A stretch of 64,000 nucleotides of DNA. Source: Candidatus Eiseniibacteriota bacterium (GTDB lineage Bacteria; Eisenbacteria; RBG-16-71-46; CAZAMP01). The notes under the pieces were generated by a model. The model was not told where the DNA came from. It did no database searches and worked only from the letters and a program-made list of their open reading frames with translations. The translations under genes and the position numbers were made by a program. The DNA is taken from NCBI GenBank assembly GCA_965224245.1, contig OZ245046.1:4912484-4976483 (forward strand). Reading direction: 5' to 3'. This document shows, piece by piece, positions 1 through 9,378 of the stretch; position 1 is the first letter of the stretch, and each line of letters starts with the position of its first letter.

Positions 1-104
1 CAGAGCTGAAGCCGCGAAGTGGCGAAGCGATCGAGCTCGACCACATCCTGAGCCTATCGTGGAGGGCCTGGCGTAGCCCGGGCCCCAACAACAACCTCGG
101 GCAG

Positions 105-413
105 GTGGGGCACCAGGTCGACGAGATCGTGCTGACCCGGCACAAGTCGCTGCCCAATGGCGAGCAGCCGGCGGAGGACAGGACGGTCGCGGCTGCCGCG
201 GCACGCGAGCAAGACGCCTTCCACTCCGGCGAGATCACGGTGGCACGCCCGGAGGATCCGACGAACCCGGTACAGACGATCCGCTTCGACGAGGGTCACG
301 TGACGTCGATCCAGCAAGAGATCAACGGCAGCCGGTTCGTGGAGACGCTCAACATCGCCGTGAAGTCACTCCAGGTCGACGACAACATCTTCGAGCCGGA
401 ACCGGCGGAGTGA
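105..413 (+). CDS. Hypothetical protein; possible small tail/injection-system component preceding the spike gene. The start may lie upstream of the window.
   Basis: ORF with GC3-biased codon usage. Its stop at 411-413 overlaps the start of the next gene at 410 (ATGA-type coupling). No recognisable motif. Confidence 0.3.
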   Translation: MGHQVDEIVLTRHKSLPNGEQPAEDRTVAAAAAREQDAFHSGEITVARPEDPTNPVQTIRFDEGHVTSIQQEINGSRFVETLNIAVKSLQVDDNIFEPEPAE

Positions 414-1879
414 GTGTCACCGGTGCAGTGGCCCCCGGCGCGGACTGTCGGTTTCGGGTACTCGTGGACGACGATCGGCTCGACGGCATCGGCGACGTGA
501 CCATCGTCGAGGATCTCCGGGGCGGGGTGGATGCCAGGTTCGATCTGTGGCTCGACCCGGCGACTCGCATCCGGCCTGGCCAGCGCGTGACGGTTCGGGT
601 GGAGCGGGTGGGCAGGATCAACCACGACACCGAGATCCACACGTGGTGCCGTACCACGTCGACCTTTCGGGTCTCGGGCGAGCGGGCAACGTGCCGTACG
701 CACGCCACCGATCCCCTCCGCGTGCATCCGCCGCAGCCGGAGTTCCGGAGTCATGCCGGCGGTGTCGGGTTGCTGCAGCTCGCGCGCGCGGTGGCGCGTC
801 TGCCGAAAGGCGTGCGCGCGTCCGCCCAAGACGTACCGGTGCGCGCGGCCTGGCTTCTGCAAGCCGACGAATCCGCGGTCGAGTTCATGCACCGGGTAGC
901 GGCCGCGATCGACCACGTCGTGTTCTGGAGTCGAGACGAGCTGACCGCGGCGATGATCGGTGACGACCGCGAGGACCACGAGCTCGGCGACTTCGGCGAG
1001 GACGACGTTCTGCGAGCGACCTACGTGGAGTCGGTGGGCCTGCATGGGACCAACACGACGTGGATCCATCCGGAGACGCGATCGGTGCAGCAACGTCGTC
1101 AGGACCCGCACCGCTCGGGCGGTACGATCGCAACGCGTCGAAGCGCGTGGCGCGCCGGCGGCGCGGTCATGCCGGCACCGGCCGATGGTCTGTGGATGGC
1201 GACGACATTGTCGACACATCGGCCGGACGTCCGCCTCGGGTCGCGGCTCGAGATGGAGAACGGTCCCTGGATTGTCCACCGCGTCGAGCATCACCTCACG
1301 GCTCGCGGCACCTACGAGAACGTGATCCACGCCGTGCGCGCGGTGGACTGGGGACGTCCCGCGTACGCGCTGACGCCGTTGGTGATCGGCCCGCTGCACG
1401 CGACGGTGGTCGACAACGAGGATCCGGCTGCTCTGGGACGGATCCGTGTCGTCCTGCTCGAGGATCCTGACCGGCGTCCGACACCGTGGGTGCCTTACGG
1501 ATTTGCCTACGCGGGTCCAGCACATGGGATTCACTACGTTCCCGAGAAGGGCGACCTGGTCCTCGTGGATGCCGAGCCCGGCTCGCCCGAGCGTCTCTAC
1601 GCTCGAGGCAGCATCCGAAGCGCTCGGTCGCCGGTGCCCGACGATTGGCAGGTCCGTGGTAACGCGATCAAGACCTGGGTGACCCGGGGCGGCAGCGGTG
1701 TCGTCATCGACGACGGGAGCCGCACCCTCCGGGCGACCGCGGGCGCCATGCTGAGTGTGAACGCCGACGACCTGGTCGCCGAAGCGACGACTCTCCGACT
1801 CCACGCTGCCGGGAGTCTGGCGCTCGACGGTGACGAGCACGTCGCGATTCGGTCTCGCCGTCGCATCGATCTGGGGTGA
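410..1879 (+). CDS. VgrG / gp27-gp5-like spike protein (phage late control D / Rhs element Vgr family).
   Basis: The C-terminal half carries the gp5 OB-fold signature: 'ATVVDNEDPAALGRIRVVLLEDPDRRPTPWVPYGFAYAGPAHGIHYVPEKGDLVLVDAEPGSPERLYARGS'. Compare the VgrG consensus 'VVDNxDPxxxGRVRV...PW.R......G...G..F.PR.GxEVLV.F..GDPDRPIIxGxLYN'. It ends in short beta-helix-like repeats (VVIDDGSRTLRATAGAMLSVNADDLV...). At 489 aa it is short for a VgrG, so the N-terminal hub may be reduced or mis-started. Confidence 0.6.
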   Translation: MSVTGAVAPGADCRFRVLVDDDRLDGIGDVTIVEDLRGGVDARFDLWLDPATRIRPGQRVTVRVERVGRINHDTEIHTWCRTTSTFRVSGERATCRTHATDPLRVHPPQPEFRSHAGGVGLLQLARAVARLPKGVRASAQDVPVRAAWLLQADESAVEFMHRVAAAIDHVVFWSRDELTAAMIGDDREDHELGDFGEDDVLRATYVESVGLHGTNTTWIHPETRSVQQRRQDPHRSGGTIATRRSAWRAGGAVMPAPADGLWMATTLSTHRPDVRLGSRLEMENGPWIVHRVEHHLTARGTYENVIHAVRAVDWGRPAYALTPLVIGPLHATVVDNEDPAALGRIRVVLLEDPDRRPTPWVPYGFAYAGPAHGIHYVPEKGDLVLVDAEPGSPERLYARGSIRSARSPVPDDWQVRGNAIKTWVTRGGSGVVIDDGSRTLRATAGAMLSVNADDLVAEATTLRLHAAGSLALDGDEHVAIRSRRRIDLG

Positions 1880-3453
1880 ACATGTTCGAGCTGGAGGCAT
1901 TGACTCGCACCATGCTGGATGCGATCGACGATGTCGGCGCCGCCCTCGTGGAACGGACGCGCACCGCGTGCGCGAACGCGCTGCTGGCGGTGTCGGATCC
2001 AGGGCTTGCACTACCGTCTCCACCGGTCGCGCTGATGGAGTTCGACACGGACGAGACGGCAACCCTCGACCGACGGGCCTTGCTGCGGTCAGAGCTGGCA
2101 CTCAAGGCGTCAGGCGAGATCCTGGTGACTCCGGTGTGCGGGGACATCGTGGTTCATCCGTGGCGCATCGAGAGCGCCGAGTGGATCATGGACGACCCAC
2201 GCGACACCGGTGAGGACGATCCCAGGGTGGCGAGGGGCGTCGTGTGTCGGCTTCGGAGATCCCCGGCGTCGACTTGCACGCCGGGTCCCCTGACCGTGCA
2301 CGTGGGAGTGGACCCGGCGGTGGTTGGAAGCCTCAGACGGAGCATCGCGACGGCGCGCGCGATCGACGACTCGGACACCCAGCGACTGCTCGTCGTGGAC
2401 CGAAAGCCGGAGACGTATCTTGCCACACGGGTCCCCGTCGGTCCCACGACGACCGATCAGCAGGTCGCGGCACAGGAGGAGACGCTCGTCAGCGTGTATG
2501 TGACGCGCGAACTCTGCGAGCGCGAGTCATGGACGCTCGAGCTCCGCTTCGCGCGGCGAGCACTGGCCGTGTCGTCGACGCCGTCCGTGACGGCAAACGT
2601 GCACTCGGTCTGGAACTCCCTGTGGACGCGGTATCCAGAGCGCGCGTCGGTGCAGCAGACCGTGTCCGAGAACCGGAATCGCTGGGTACATGCGCTCGGG
2701 TCCCGAGACGTGGGATCGAGCTGGCGTGCGTGGAGCGTCGTTCGCGTCGGGACCTCACGGCGCCTCCATTCCGCCACGTCCTGGTTCGCGTCGACGGGCC
2801 GTTCGCCGGCGACCGACACACCGGCGCTCCTGCTGGCGTACGTCGGTGAACAGACGTCGCATCCCGAGCGACAAGTGCGCGCGACGTCTCCTACCCCCGT
2901 TCTGTCGATCGTGGTCGACGCGACCACGCGGCGACACCTGGACGATGCCCGCACGAAACTGACGGCGGAGTACTGGATCACGACGGGTGCCGACGGCAAT
3001 GGCGTTCCGGCTGGCACCGCATTTCACGTCGACTCACCCCTGTCGGCTCGTCTTCAGGGACGGCTCGTCACGTCGATGTGGGGTGGCACCGACGGCGCGA
3101 TGGGCCATGTGGTCGACTTCTCGGGAGACGAGCAGCCATCGGTGTTCGTGGCTCCACGTGGCTTGCTCACGGTGACTGACGCGATGAACATCATCGCGCG
3201 TGCCTCGGGAGGGATGCTGGACGTGGTCGATCCGCGGGACTTCCTTCGCTGGGGGGCAGCGTCGCCGATCGAGCCGCTCGTCGTGCGCGTGCGGTTCCGC
3301 GACCGCGTCCCCGGCCATCAGGGCGGAATCGTGCTGGCAGCGTGTCGCGGCGCACTCGAGCAGCGGATGGGCAGCGCGGTCGCGGCCGGACTCGTGCTCA
3401 CTTGCGACGAGATGCGAGATGGGGTCGCAATGGATGTTTCCGATGACGCGTAG
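1876..3453 (+). CDS. Hypothetical 525-aa protein encoded between the spike and PAAR genes; candidate adaptor, baseplate or cargo protein.
   Basis: Long ORF whose start overlaps the stop of the spike gene by 4 nt. Coding-type GC3 bias. No recognisable catalytic motif. Confidence 0.45.
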   Translation: MNMFELEALTRTMLDAIDDVGAALVERTRTACANALLAVSDPGLALPSPPVALMEFDTDETATLDRRALLRSELALKASGEILVTPVCGDIVVHPWRIESAEWIMDDPRDTGEDDPRVARGVVCRLRRSPASTCTPGPLTVHVGVDPAVVGSLRRSIATARAIDDSDTQRLLVVDRKPETYLATRVPVGPTTTDQQVAAQEETLVSVYVTRELCERESWTLELRFARRALAVSSTPSVTANVHSVWNSLWTRYPERASVQQTVSENRNRWVHALGSRDVGSSWRAWSVVRVGTSRRLHSATSWFASTGRSPATDTPALLLAYVGEQTSHPERQVRATSPTPVLSIVVDATTRRHLDDARTKLTAEYWITTGADGNGVPAGTAFHVDSPLSARLQGRLVTSMWGGTDGAMGHVVDFSGDEQPSVFVAPRGLLTVTDAMNIIARASGGMLDVVDPRDFLRWGAASPIEPLVVRVRFRDRVPGHQGGIVLAACRGALEQRMGSAVAAGLVLTCDEMRDGVAMDVSDDA

Positions 3454-3454
3454 C

Positions 3455-3985
3455 ATGCTGCACGATGCCGACACCCCTCGTCGAGAGCTGGGCATCGACG
3501 TCGGTCGACAGATCACGGAACGGATCGGGGAGCGCCTCGGCGCCGACGAAGGAGCCCGTGACGACGTCCCGGGGCGGGTGTCGAAGCAGCTCGGTGACGC
3601 GCTCGCGCTCCTCGCCTCGCCTCCGGTTCGACAGCGTCTCGACGAGCTGGAAACGCTGCTGGCCGTCGTGCTCACGACACCGTGGCACGTCGCCGCGATC
3701 GAGATCGCCAAGCCTCTGCCGCACGTGATCACCCGCTTCACGCGATCGGCGCACCGCGGAGCGCGCATCTCGGTGGGGAGAGGACGGCGCGCGAGCCGAA
3801 TCGGAGAATGTCGGGTCGCCGAAACGCCGATCACCGTGCACCTGCCACAGGTGAGTGAGGTCGGGCCGGATCAGCCGCGGGACTGGGTGCTCCGGGCGCC
3901 AGTCGGCACGGTCGTGCGGCCAGCCGAGGAGGCGCCGTTGGATGTCCGGGTCGGCGTCAGTTGCATCGAGGAGGATGCATCATGA
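3455..3985 (+). CDS. Hypothetical ~177-aa protein; candidate immunity or baseplate partner.
   Basis: The listed ORF 3200..3985 overlaps the previous gene in a different frame. The in-frame ATG at 3455 sits 1 nt after the upstream TAG (tagcATG). The 3' end overlaps the PAAR gene start by 25 nt. Confidence 0.4.
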   Translation: MLHDADTPRRELGIDVGRQITERIGERLGADEGARDDVPGRVSKQLGDALALLASPPVRQRLDELETLLAVVLTTPWHVAAIEIAKPLPHVITRFTRSAHRGARISVGRGRRASRIGECRVAETPITVHLPQVSEVGPDQPRDWVLRAPVGTVVRPAEEAPLDVRVGVSCIEEDAS

Positions 3986-4308
3986 GAGGTATCGCCCGCC
4001 GGGGCGATCGCATCGAAGGGGGTGTTCACTGCCACGGTGGCCACTCGCACCCTCCGCCGGCGAGCCCGGGCCGGATCGTCGGGGGCGCGCGCAAGGTGTT
4101 CGTCAACGGTCGCCCGGCGGCTCGCGCCGGAGACAGTGGGTACTCGCCGCTCTGCTGCGCCGGCATCGGCCGCATCTCGATCCGAGAGGACCAGATGCTC
4201 GTGTGGATCGAGGGAAAGCCGGCGGCTGGCGTCGGAACACCCACCATGCACTGCGACGTCGCCCCGGGACGCATTGCCACCGGAAGCACCGAGGTCCGCA
4301 TGCCGTAG
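3961..4308 (+). CDS. PAAR-repeat protein (spike-sharpening cone of contractile injection systems / T6SS).
   Basis: Literal PAAR motif 'VFVNGRPAARAGDSG', preceded by 'GDRIEGGVHCHGGHS'. A second repeat 'VWIEGKPAAGVGTPTMHCD' follows. Length is 115 aa. Confidence 0.85.
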   Translation: MHRGGCIMRGIARRGDRIEGGVHCHGGHSHPPPASPGRIVGGARKVFVNGRPAARAGDSGYSPLCCAGIGRISIREDQMLVWIEGKPAAGVGTPTMHCDVAPGRIATGSTEVRMP

Positions 4309-4388
4309 CGCGGCGTCCGGCTACACGGTGTCCGAAAAGGGCACCTCCCGCGCGTTCACTTGATGGACGCCATCAAGGGAGGTGAGAG

Positions 4389-5156
4389 ATGACGACGCGA
4401 ACGGGCGCGACCCGCTGGCCGGGCCGCCTCGGTGCACTGCTCGTACTGGTATGTGGGATACAGGCTTGCGAGAAGCCGACGGAGTCCGAGCCGGACGATC
4501 GACGTGAGTTCTCGATCCGCGCGACGCTGGGCGCCGACACGCCCGTGCGGGGCGCAACGGTGCGAATCCCGCTCGGGACTCGCTCGCTCAGTGAGCGAAC
4601 CGGTGACGACGGACGCTGCACGTTCTATTTCGAAAGGGATGAGGATCTTCCACCGCGCCTCGTCGCCACGATCGAGCACGCGTCGATCATGCCCGATGCG
4701 GTCGCGTTCGACACGTCCGGCGACGGGGACGCCCTCCGTCGCACGTGCGTTCGACGACCGTCGACGACGTACGTCGAGGACGTGACGCTTCACCACCTCG
4801 GGAACGATCGGTACGGTGGCGACCCCAACTCGCAGCTCCAGATTCCGTCTCAGGGGATCTCGCAGACGTACCGCTTCCACCTCGACACGTATCCGTCACG
4901 GATGCCGACGATCCGGCTCTATGCGCGAGGCATCCAGCATCCGACACGGATTCAGCTCAACGGACAGACGGTGTCGCGGCTCGGGGACAGCGACCCGTCG
5001 GGCGGGCTGAGCAGGTACAACTTCCGGCTCGGGGGCGCTCCGCGTTCGGTGCTCCGTCCCGGCATGAACACGCTGACCGTTCACACCGCCCCGTACAACG
5101 AGAGCGATCCGTGGGACGACATCGAGTTCTGCGCGCTGATGCTGTACTTCGAGTAG
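4389..5156 (+). CDS. Secreted protein or lipoprotein, unknown function.
   Basis: N-terminal signal peptide 'RLGALLVLVCGIQAC'. Coding GC3 bias. RBS-like 'GGAGGTGAGAG' before the ATG. Confidence 0.5.
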   Translation: MTTRTGATRWPGRLGALLVLVCGIQACEKPTESEPDDRREFSIRATLGADTPVRGATVRIPLGTRSLSERTGDDGRCTFYFERDEDLPPRLVATIEHASIMPDAVAFDTSGDGDALRRTCVRRPSTTYVEDVTLHHLGNDRYGGDPNSQLQIPSQGISQTYRFHLDTYPSRMPTIRLYARGIQHPTRIQLNGQTVSRLGDSDPSGGLSRYNFRLGGAPRSVLRPGMNTLTVHTAPYNESDPWDDIEFCALMLYFE

Positions 5157-5194
5157 CGGCGCCCCATCGCGGGGTGGGCGAGCAAATGGGATCG

Positions 5195-5227
5195 AGGCGA
5201 CTCGGCACGGAGGGCGCCGAGTCGCCT
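5195..5227. terminator. Bidirectional stem-loop between convergent genes.
   Basis: Perfect 12-bp inverted repeat 'aggcgactcggc' / 'gccgagtcgcct' with a 9-nt loop. It lies between the ends of the 4389..5156 (+) gene and sod (-). Confidence 0.45.
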
Positions 5228-5238
5228 AGCAATGGACG

Positions 5239-5850
5239 CTAGCCGCGCGCGGCGGCGTACAGCGATCCAACCTTGTCCCAGTTCACGACGTTCCAGAACG
5301 CCGAGATGTAGTCCGGCCGGCGATTCTGGTAGTGGAGGTAGTACGCGTGCTCCCACACGTCGAGTCCGAGGATCGGCGTGTAGCCCTGCATGTACGGCGA
5401 GTCCTGGTTGGCGGTCGAGAACACCTCGAGCTTGCCGTTCTTCACCGCGAGCCAGGCCCAGCCGCTGCCGAATCGGGTGGCGCCGGTCTTCGAGAACGCG
5501 TCCTTGAAGGCGTCGAAGCCACCGAGCTCGGAGCCGATCGCCTTGCCGAGATCGCCCGACGGCGCGCCGCCGCCGCTCGGTCCCATGATCTGCCAGAAGA
5601 GTGAGTGGTTGGCGTGGCCACCGCCGTTGTTGATGACGGCCTGTCGAGCCGAATCCGGGATGTCGCCGATGCCACGCAGCACGTCCTCGATCGACTTCGA
5701 CGGGAAGGCGGAGTGGCCCTCGAGCGCCTTGTTGAGGTTCGTGACGTAGGCGTTGTGGTGCTTGCCGTGATGGATCTCCATCGTGCGGGCGTCGATGTGC
5801 GGCTCCAGCGCGTCGTGCGCGTACGGGAGGTCGGGCAACGTGAAGGCCAT
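5239..5850 (-). CDS. sodA: Superoxide dismutase, Fe/Mn family.
   Basis: Motifs '[14 protein letters not shown]', '[29 protein letters not shown]' and 'FGSGWAWL'. Full length 203 aa. Whether it is Mn or Fe type is not resolvable by eye. Confidence 0.95.
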   Translation of the reverse strand: MAFTLPDLPYAHDALEPHIDARTMEIHHGKHHNAYVTNLNKALEGHSAFPSKSIEDVLRGIGDIPDSARQAVINNGGGHANHSLFWQIMGPSGGGAPSGDLGKAIGSELGGFDAFKDAFSKTGATRFGSGWAWLAVKNGKLEVFSTANQDSPYMQGYTPILGLDVWEHAYYLHYQNRRPDYISAFWNVVNWDKVGSLYAAARG

Positions 5851-6300
5851 GTCGAGGCTCCTCTCGGTGTGAAAGACGTCGGTTTCGGATGGTCAAGGAC
5901 CCCTCGCGCTCGGGCGGCGAGGGGCGGCGGGTCGCGTGGCGCGGTCCCGCGGCGCGGGCGATGGTGCGTGCTCACCGTCAGCGGCGGACGGGCCGTCCAA
6001 TCGACGAGTGGAACAGGGTACCACCGCGGGCACGCCGGCGAAAGGGACGCCCGCTCGCCGGCGCTGTCGCGTCGAGCGACAACACGTGTGCTCGCAGAGC
6101 GTTAGCGTGACCCGAACGACGACCCCGCAAGGACGCGCGGCGACCCGGCGGGGACTCGTGGAACGCCCCCGGGTGGAAACGCGCGGACACGCCCCCGGGT
6201 TCCGTCCCGCCGTGGGTGGACGGCGGCCCGTCCCCACGTCTCACGCCGACACCCGGGTGTCGGCTTTCCCCGCGCCGCCCTCGCGTGCGAAGCTTCCGCC

Positions 6301-7125
6301 ATGAAACGACCCGGACAGCGCCTCGACGCGTTCCTCGCGCACGCCGGCGTCGGATCTCGTTCGGAGGTCCGCCGCCTCATTCGCTCGCGCCGGATCGTCA
6401 CGGTCGACGGCGAGACGTGCATCGATCCCGGGCGTCACGTGTCGACCGAGACGATCGCGGTCGACGGCACGATCGTCGCCGCCGCGCCCACCGACGTCGT
6501 GCTCCTGATGCACAAGCCCCTGGGACACGCGTGCAGCCACGACGTCGCCGAGTCGCCCACCGTGTTCGAGCTTCTGGACGACGTCTACACGGGTACGTCG
6601 CTCCAGTGCGTGGGCCGCCTCGACCGCGAGTCGTCCGGCCTCCTCGTGCTCACCGACGACGGTCAGCTCAATCACGCGCTGACGCATCCGAAGCGCAAGG
6701 TGCCGAGGCGGTATCGTCTCGTCTACGAGGGCGAGCTCGTGCCGGACGCCGTCCAGCGGGTGGCGGAAGGGATCGTGCTCCGGGACGACGAGCGGCCGAC
6801 GAGGCCGGCGGTGCTGACGCTCGGGGAGGCCGTCGCCGGGGCCGACGCGTCGCCACCCGGGCACGCCGCGACGATCGTGCTCAGCGAGGGCCGGTACCAT
6901 CAGATCCGGCGGATGATCGCCGCGCTCGGTGGACGCGTCGTGTCGCTGCACCGGGATCGGATCGGTCGGCTGGAGCTGCCGGCCGATCTCGCGCCGGGCG
7001 AGTCGCGCCCGGCGACCGCGGAGGAGCTGGAGCGTCTCGTCACGTCCGACCAGGTCCGGGGCACCGTCACGTCGACGCGCGACGACCCATCGCCATCATG
7101 CGAGTGCAAGCCGTCGCGCGAGTGA
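6301..7125 (+). CDS. rRNA pseudouridine synthase, RsuA/RluB/RluF family (N-terminal S4 domain).
   Basis: Catalytic motif 'GRLDRESSGLLVLTDDGQLNHALTHPKRKVPRRY'. S4-like N-terminus 'LDAFLAHAGVGSRSEVRRLIRSRRI'. Confidence 0.85.
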   Translation: MKRPGQRLDAFLAHAGVGSRSEVRRLIRSRRIVTVDGETCIDPGRHVSTETIAVDGTIVAAAPTDVVLLMHKPLGHACSHDVAESPTVFELLDDVYTGTSLQCVGRLDRESSGLLVLTDDGQLNHALTHPKRKVPRRYRLVYEGELVPDAVQRVAEGIVLRDDERPTRPAVLTLGEAVAGADASPPGHAATIVLSEGRYHQIRRMIAALGGRVVSLHRDRIGRLELPADLAPGESRPATAEELERLVTSDQVRGTVTSTRDDPSPSCECKPSRE

Positions 7126-7136
7126 CCTCCGGAACG

Positions 7137-9164
7137 TCACTCGGCCAGGACGACGCGCACCGCCCGCACGCCAGGGCTCCCTCGCACGAAGTACACGCCA
7201 GGAGCCACCCGGTCCCCGCGGTCGTTGCGCGCATCCCAGTCGAACCGTCCGCCCAGCCCCGGCACGGTCGATCGCACGACGCGGCCGGTCGCGTCCAGAA
7301 CCTGAACCGATCGAGGCGGTCCGGTGACGCCGTCCAGGACCACGCTCACCCGCTGCGTGAACGGATTGGGGACCGCACGACGCGTCACCGACCGTTCATC
7401 GACCACGGGCCCCTCCACGTCGAGCGACGACAGGAGGTCGTCGATCACCCCGGTCATCAACAGGGGGTCGTAATCACAGGATCGGTACGCGACCCTCCCG
7501 TCGGGGTCGATGATGAAGTCACGCGGGAACGGAGATGCGCAGTTGTGAATCAGGTAGTCGACGTACGTCGCCGAGGTCCCCGCCGGATCGGCCAGGATCG
7601 GGAACGTCACGCCGAACTGATCGGCGAAGTCGGCCGCGATCGCGGCCGACTCCCCCCGGTCGATGCCGAGCACCACCACGCCGTCGGCCTGGTACGTCTG
7701 CCAGATCGTCACCTCGAGGTCCGAAAACTCCGGACCGCACACCGGTCACCAGGATGCGAAGAAGGCGAGAAGGACCACCCGGCCTTCGTAGTCGGACAGC
7801 GTGTACGTGAGTCCGTCGATGCCCGGCAACGAGAAGTCGGGAGCGTCGTCCCCGACCTGGAGCGTCGTCGGGTTCCCCTCGAGATAGACCTGCGTCATCG
7901 GCTCGTCGGGGTCGTTGCTGGCCAGGCGCAGCGACGCCACGTAGTCCTCGCCGCCCGGGGAGGTGAACGTGACCACCACGTCGCGGGATTCGTCTTCGCC
8001 GAGCATGAAGGGGCCCGTGTCCACGCTGAACGCCCCGGCGCCGGACCCCCCGAGGTTCACACCCGTGACGTCGAGCACGCCCACGCCCGTGTTCGTCACC
8101 GTGACGATCGCGTCGGCGCTCTCGCCGGCGGGTACGTCGTCGGCGACGAACTCGTCGGGAGTGGCGCGAATGTCCGGCGACACCTCGGCGCCGTACTCGT
8201 ACACACGGAACGTGGACCAGTCGGCGACGTAGATTCGCGTGCCCTCGGCCACGAGACCCATGGCACGATAGGGCGTGTCCTCCCAGCCGACTCGCGTCGG
8301 AACGGACGGGATCGAGACGTCGACGACCGAGAGCTCCTCCCACTCGGCCACGTACAGAAGGGATCCCGAGAGATGGAGGTTGAACGCCGTCAGCGACGTG
8401 TCGTAGGTGCCGACCAGGACCGGCAGATCCGGATTCGAGAGGTCGTACACGTCGGCGCCGTCGGTCCCGACCGCCGTGGCCAGCAGTCCGCCGTCGGACG
8501 TGATGTCCTGCGCGACGCCGGATCCCGCGACGGATGCGAGGTGAACGGGGCTCCCGGGCGCGGACACGTCGAGGACCGACACGCCGCCCGCGCCGTCGGC
8601 CACGTAGAGCCGATCGTCCACCAGCACCATGCGGTAGGCGTTCTGGACGCCGTCCGTCACGACGCTCACCGGCGCCGGGTTCGCCGGATCGGTCAGGTCG
8701 AGCACCTGGATCCCGGCGTCGTGTCGCGCCGCGTACAGCGTCGTACCGTTTCGCAACACGCCCTCGATCTGGATGCCCGGAAGATCGATCGTGTCCACGA
8801 CGTGGGGATTCGTGGGATCCGAGAGATCGTACGTGCGGAGACCGTTCTCACGGGCTCCGCAGTAGCCGTGCGCGGCGCCCAGCGCCATTCCGTAGTATGC
8901 GACGGTCTGATCCGATCCGACGAGGCTCGGCGCGCCGGGATCGCCGACGTCGTAGACGCTGAGTCCCCCGGTTCCGATCACGTAGACCGTGTCGCCGACC
9001 TTCTCCGCGTCGAGGTAGTGCACGAAGAACGTCGGCCTGAACGCGCCGAGGAGCTCGACGCCGTCGCTGGCCTCGGCCCCGGTGCCGAGCAACGCCAGTG
9101 CACCGCCGACGAGGACGCGCGGCACGATCCGGCCCGCGCCCGGGCTGTTCGAACGGGATGACAT
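7137..9164 (-). CDS. Candidate selenoprotein. It reads as a secreted LVIVD beta-propeller, then a TlpA-like thioredoxin with a UxxC motif, then a FlgD-Ig/T9SS-type C-terminal domain. It is annotated as two ORFs (7746..9449 and 7137..7742) separated by an in-frame TGA at 7746-7748.
   Basis: Signal peptide '[32 protein letters not shown]', starting at ATG 9164 after the RBS 'GGGAGGGAG'. LVIVD-like repeats are present. The Trx fold starts '[32 protein letters not shown]', reaches the TGA, and continues in the same frame as 'PVCGPEF...[10 protein letters not shown]...[11 protein letters not shown]'. The TGA is therefore at the first Cys of the WCxxC motif. The C-terminus has 'NPF...[12 protein letters not shown]...[21 protein letters not shown]'. 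The alternative reading is a nonsense pseudogene. Confidence 0.5.
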
Positions 9165-9378
9165 GGCTCCCTCCCGGTTCCGGCCGGATCTCGGACTGCG
9201 CGACGCGGCGAGGCCGTGATCGCGCTGGACGGGGCGAGGCGCTCGGGAATCGAGAAGATCGTACCACGCGGAGGGGGCCAGATCGTCCGGGCCCATGCAC
9301 AACGGCCTCGGCCGAGGCGACCGAGAAGCGCTCTCGTTCCGAGGCCGCCGATGGAGACGATTCACCGCCGAACGGCGA

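Noticed and set aside
3200-3985. 261-aa ORF as listed.
   Set aside because: Its first ~85 codons overlap the preceding gene's 3' end in another frame and look non-coding. I trimmed it to the ATG at 3455, immediately after the upstream stop.
6216-9161. 981-aa plus-strand ORF spanning the rsuA-like gene and antisense to two minus-strand genes.
   Set aside because: Arg/Pro/Gly-rich low-complexity translation typical of an antisense frame in 70% GC DNA. The real genes here (6301..7125 +, 7137..9164 -) have clear motifs.
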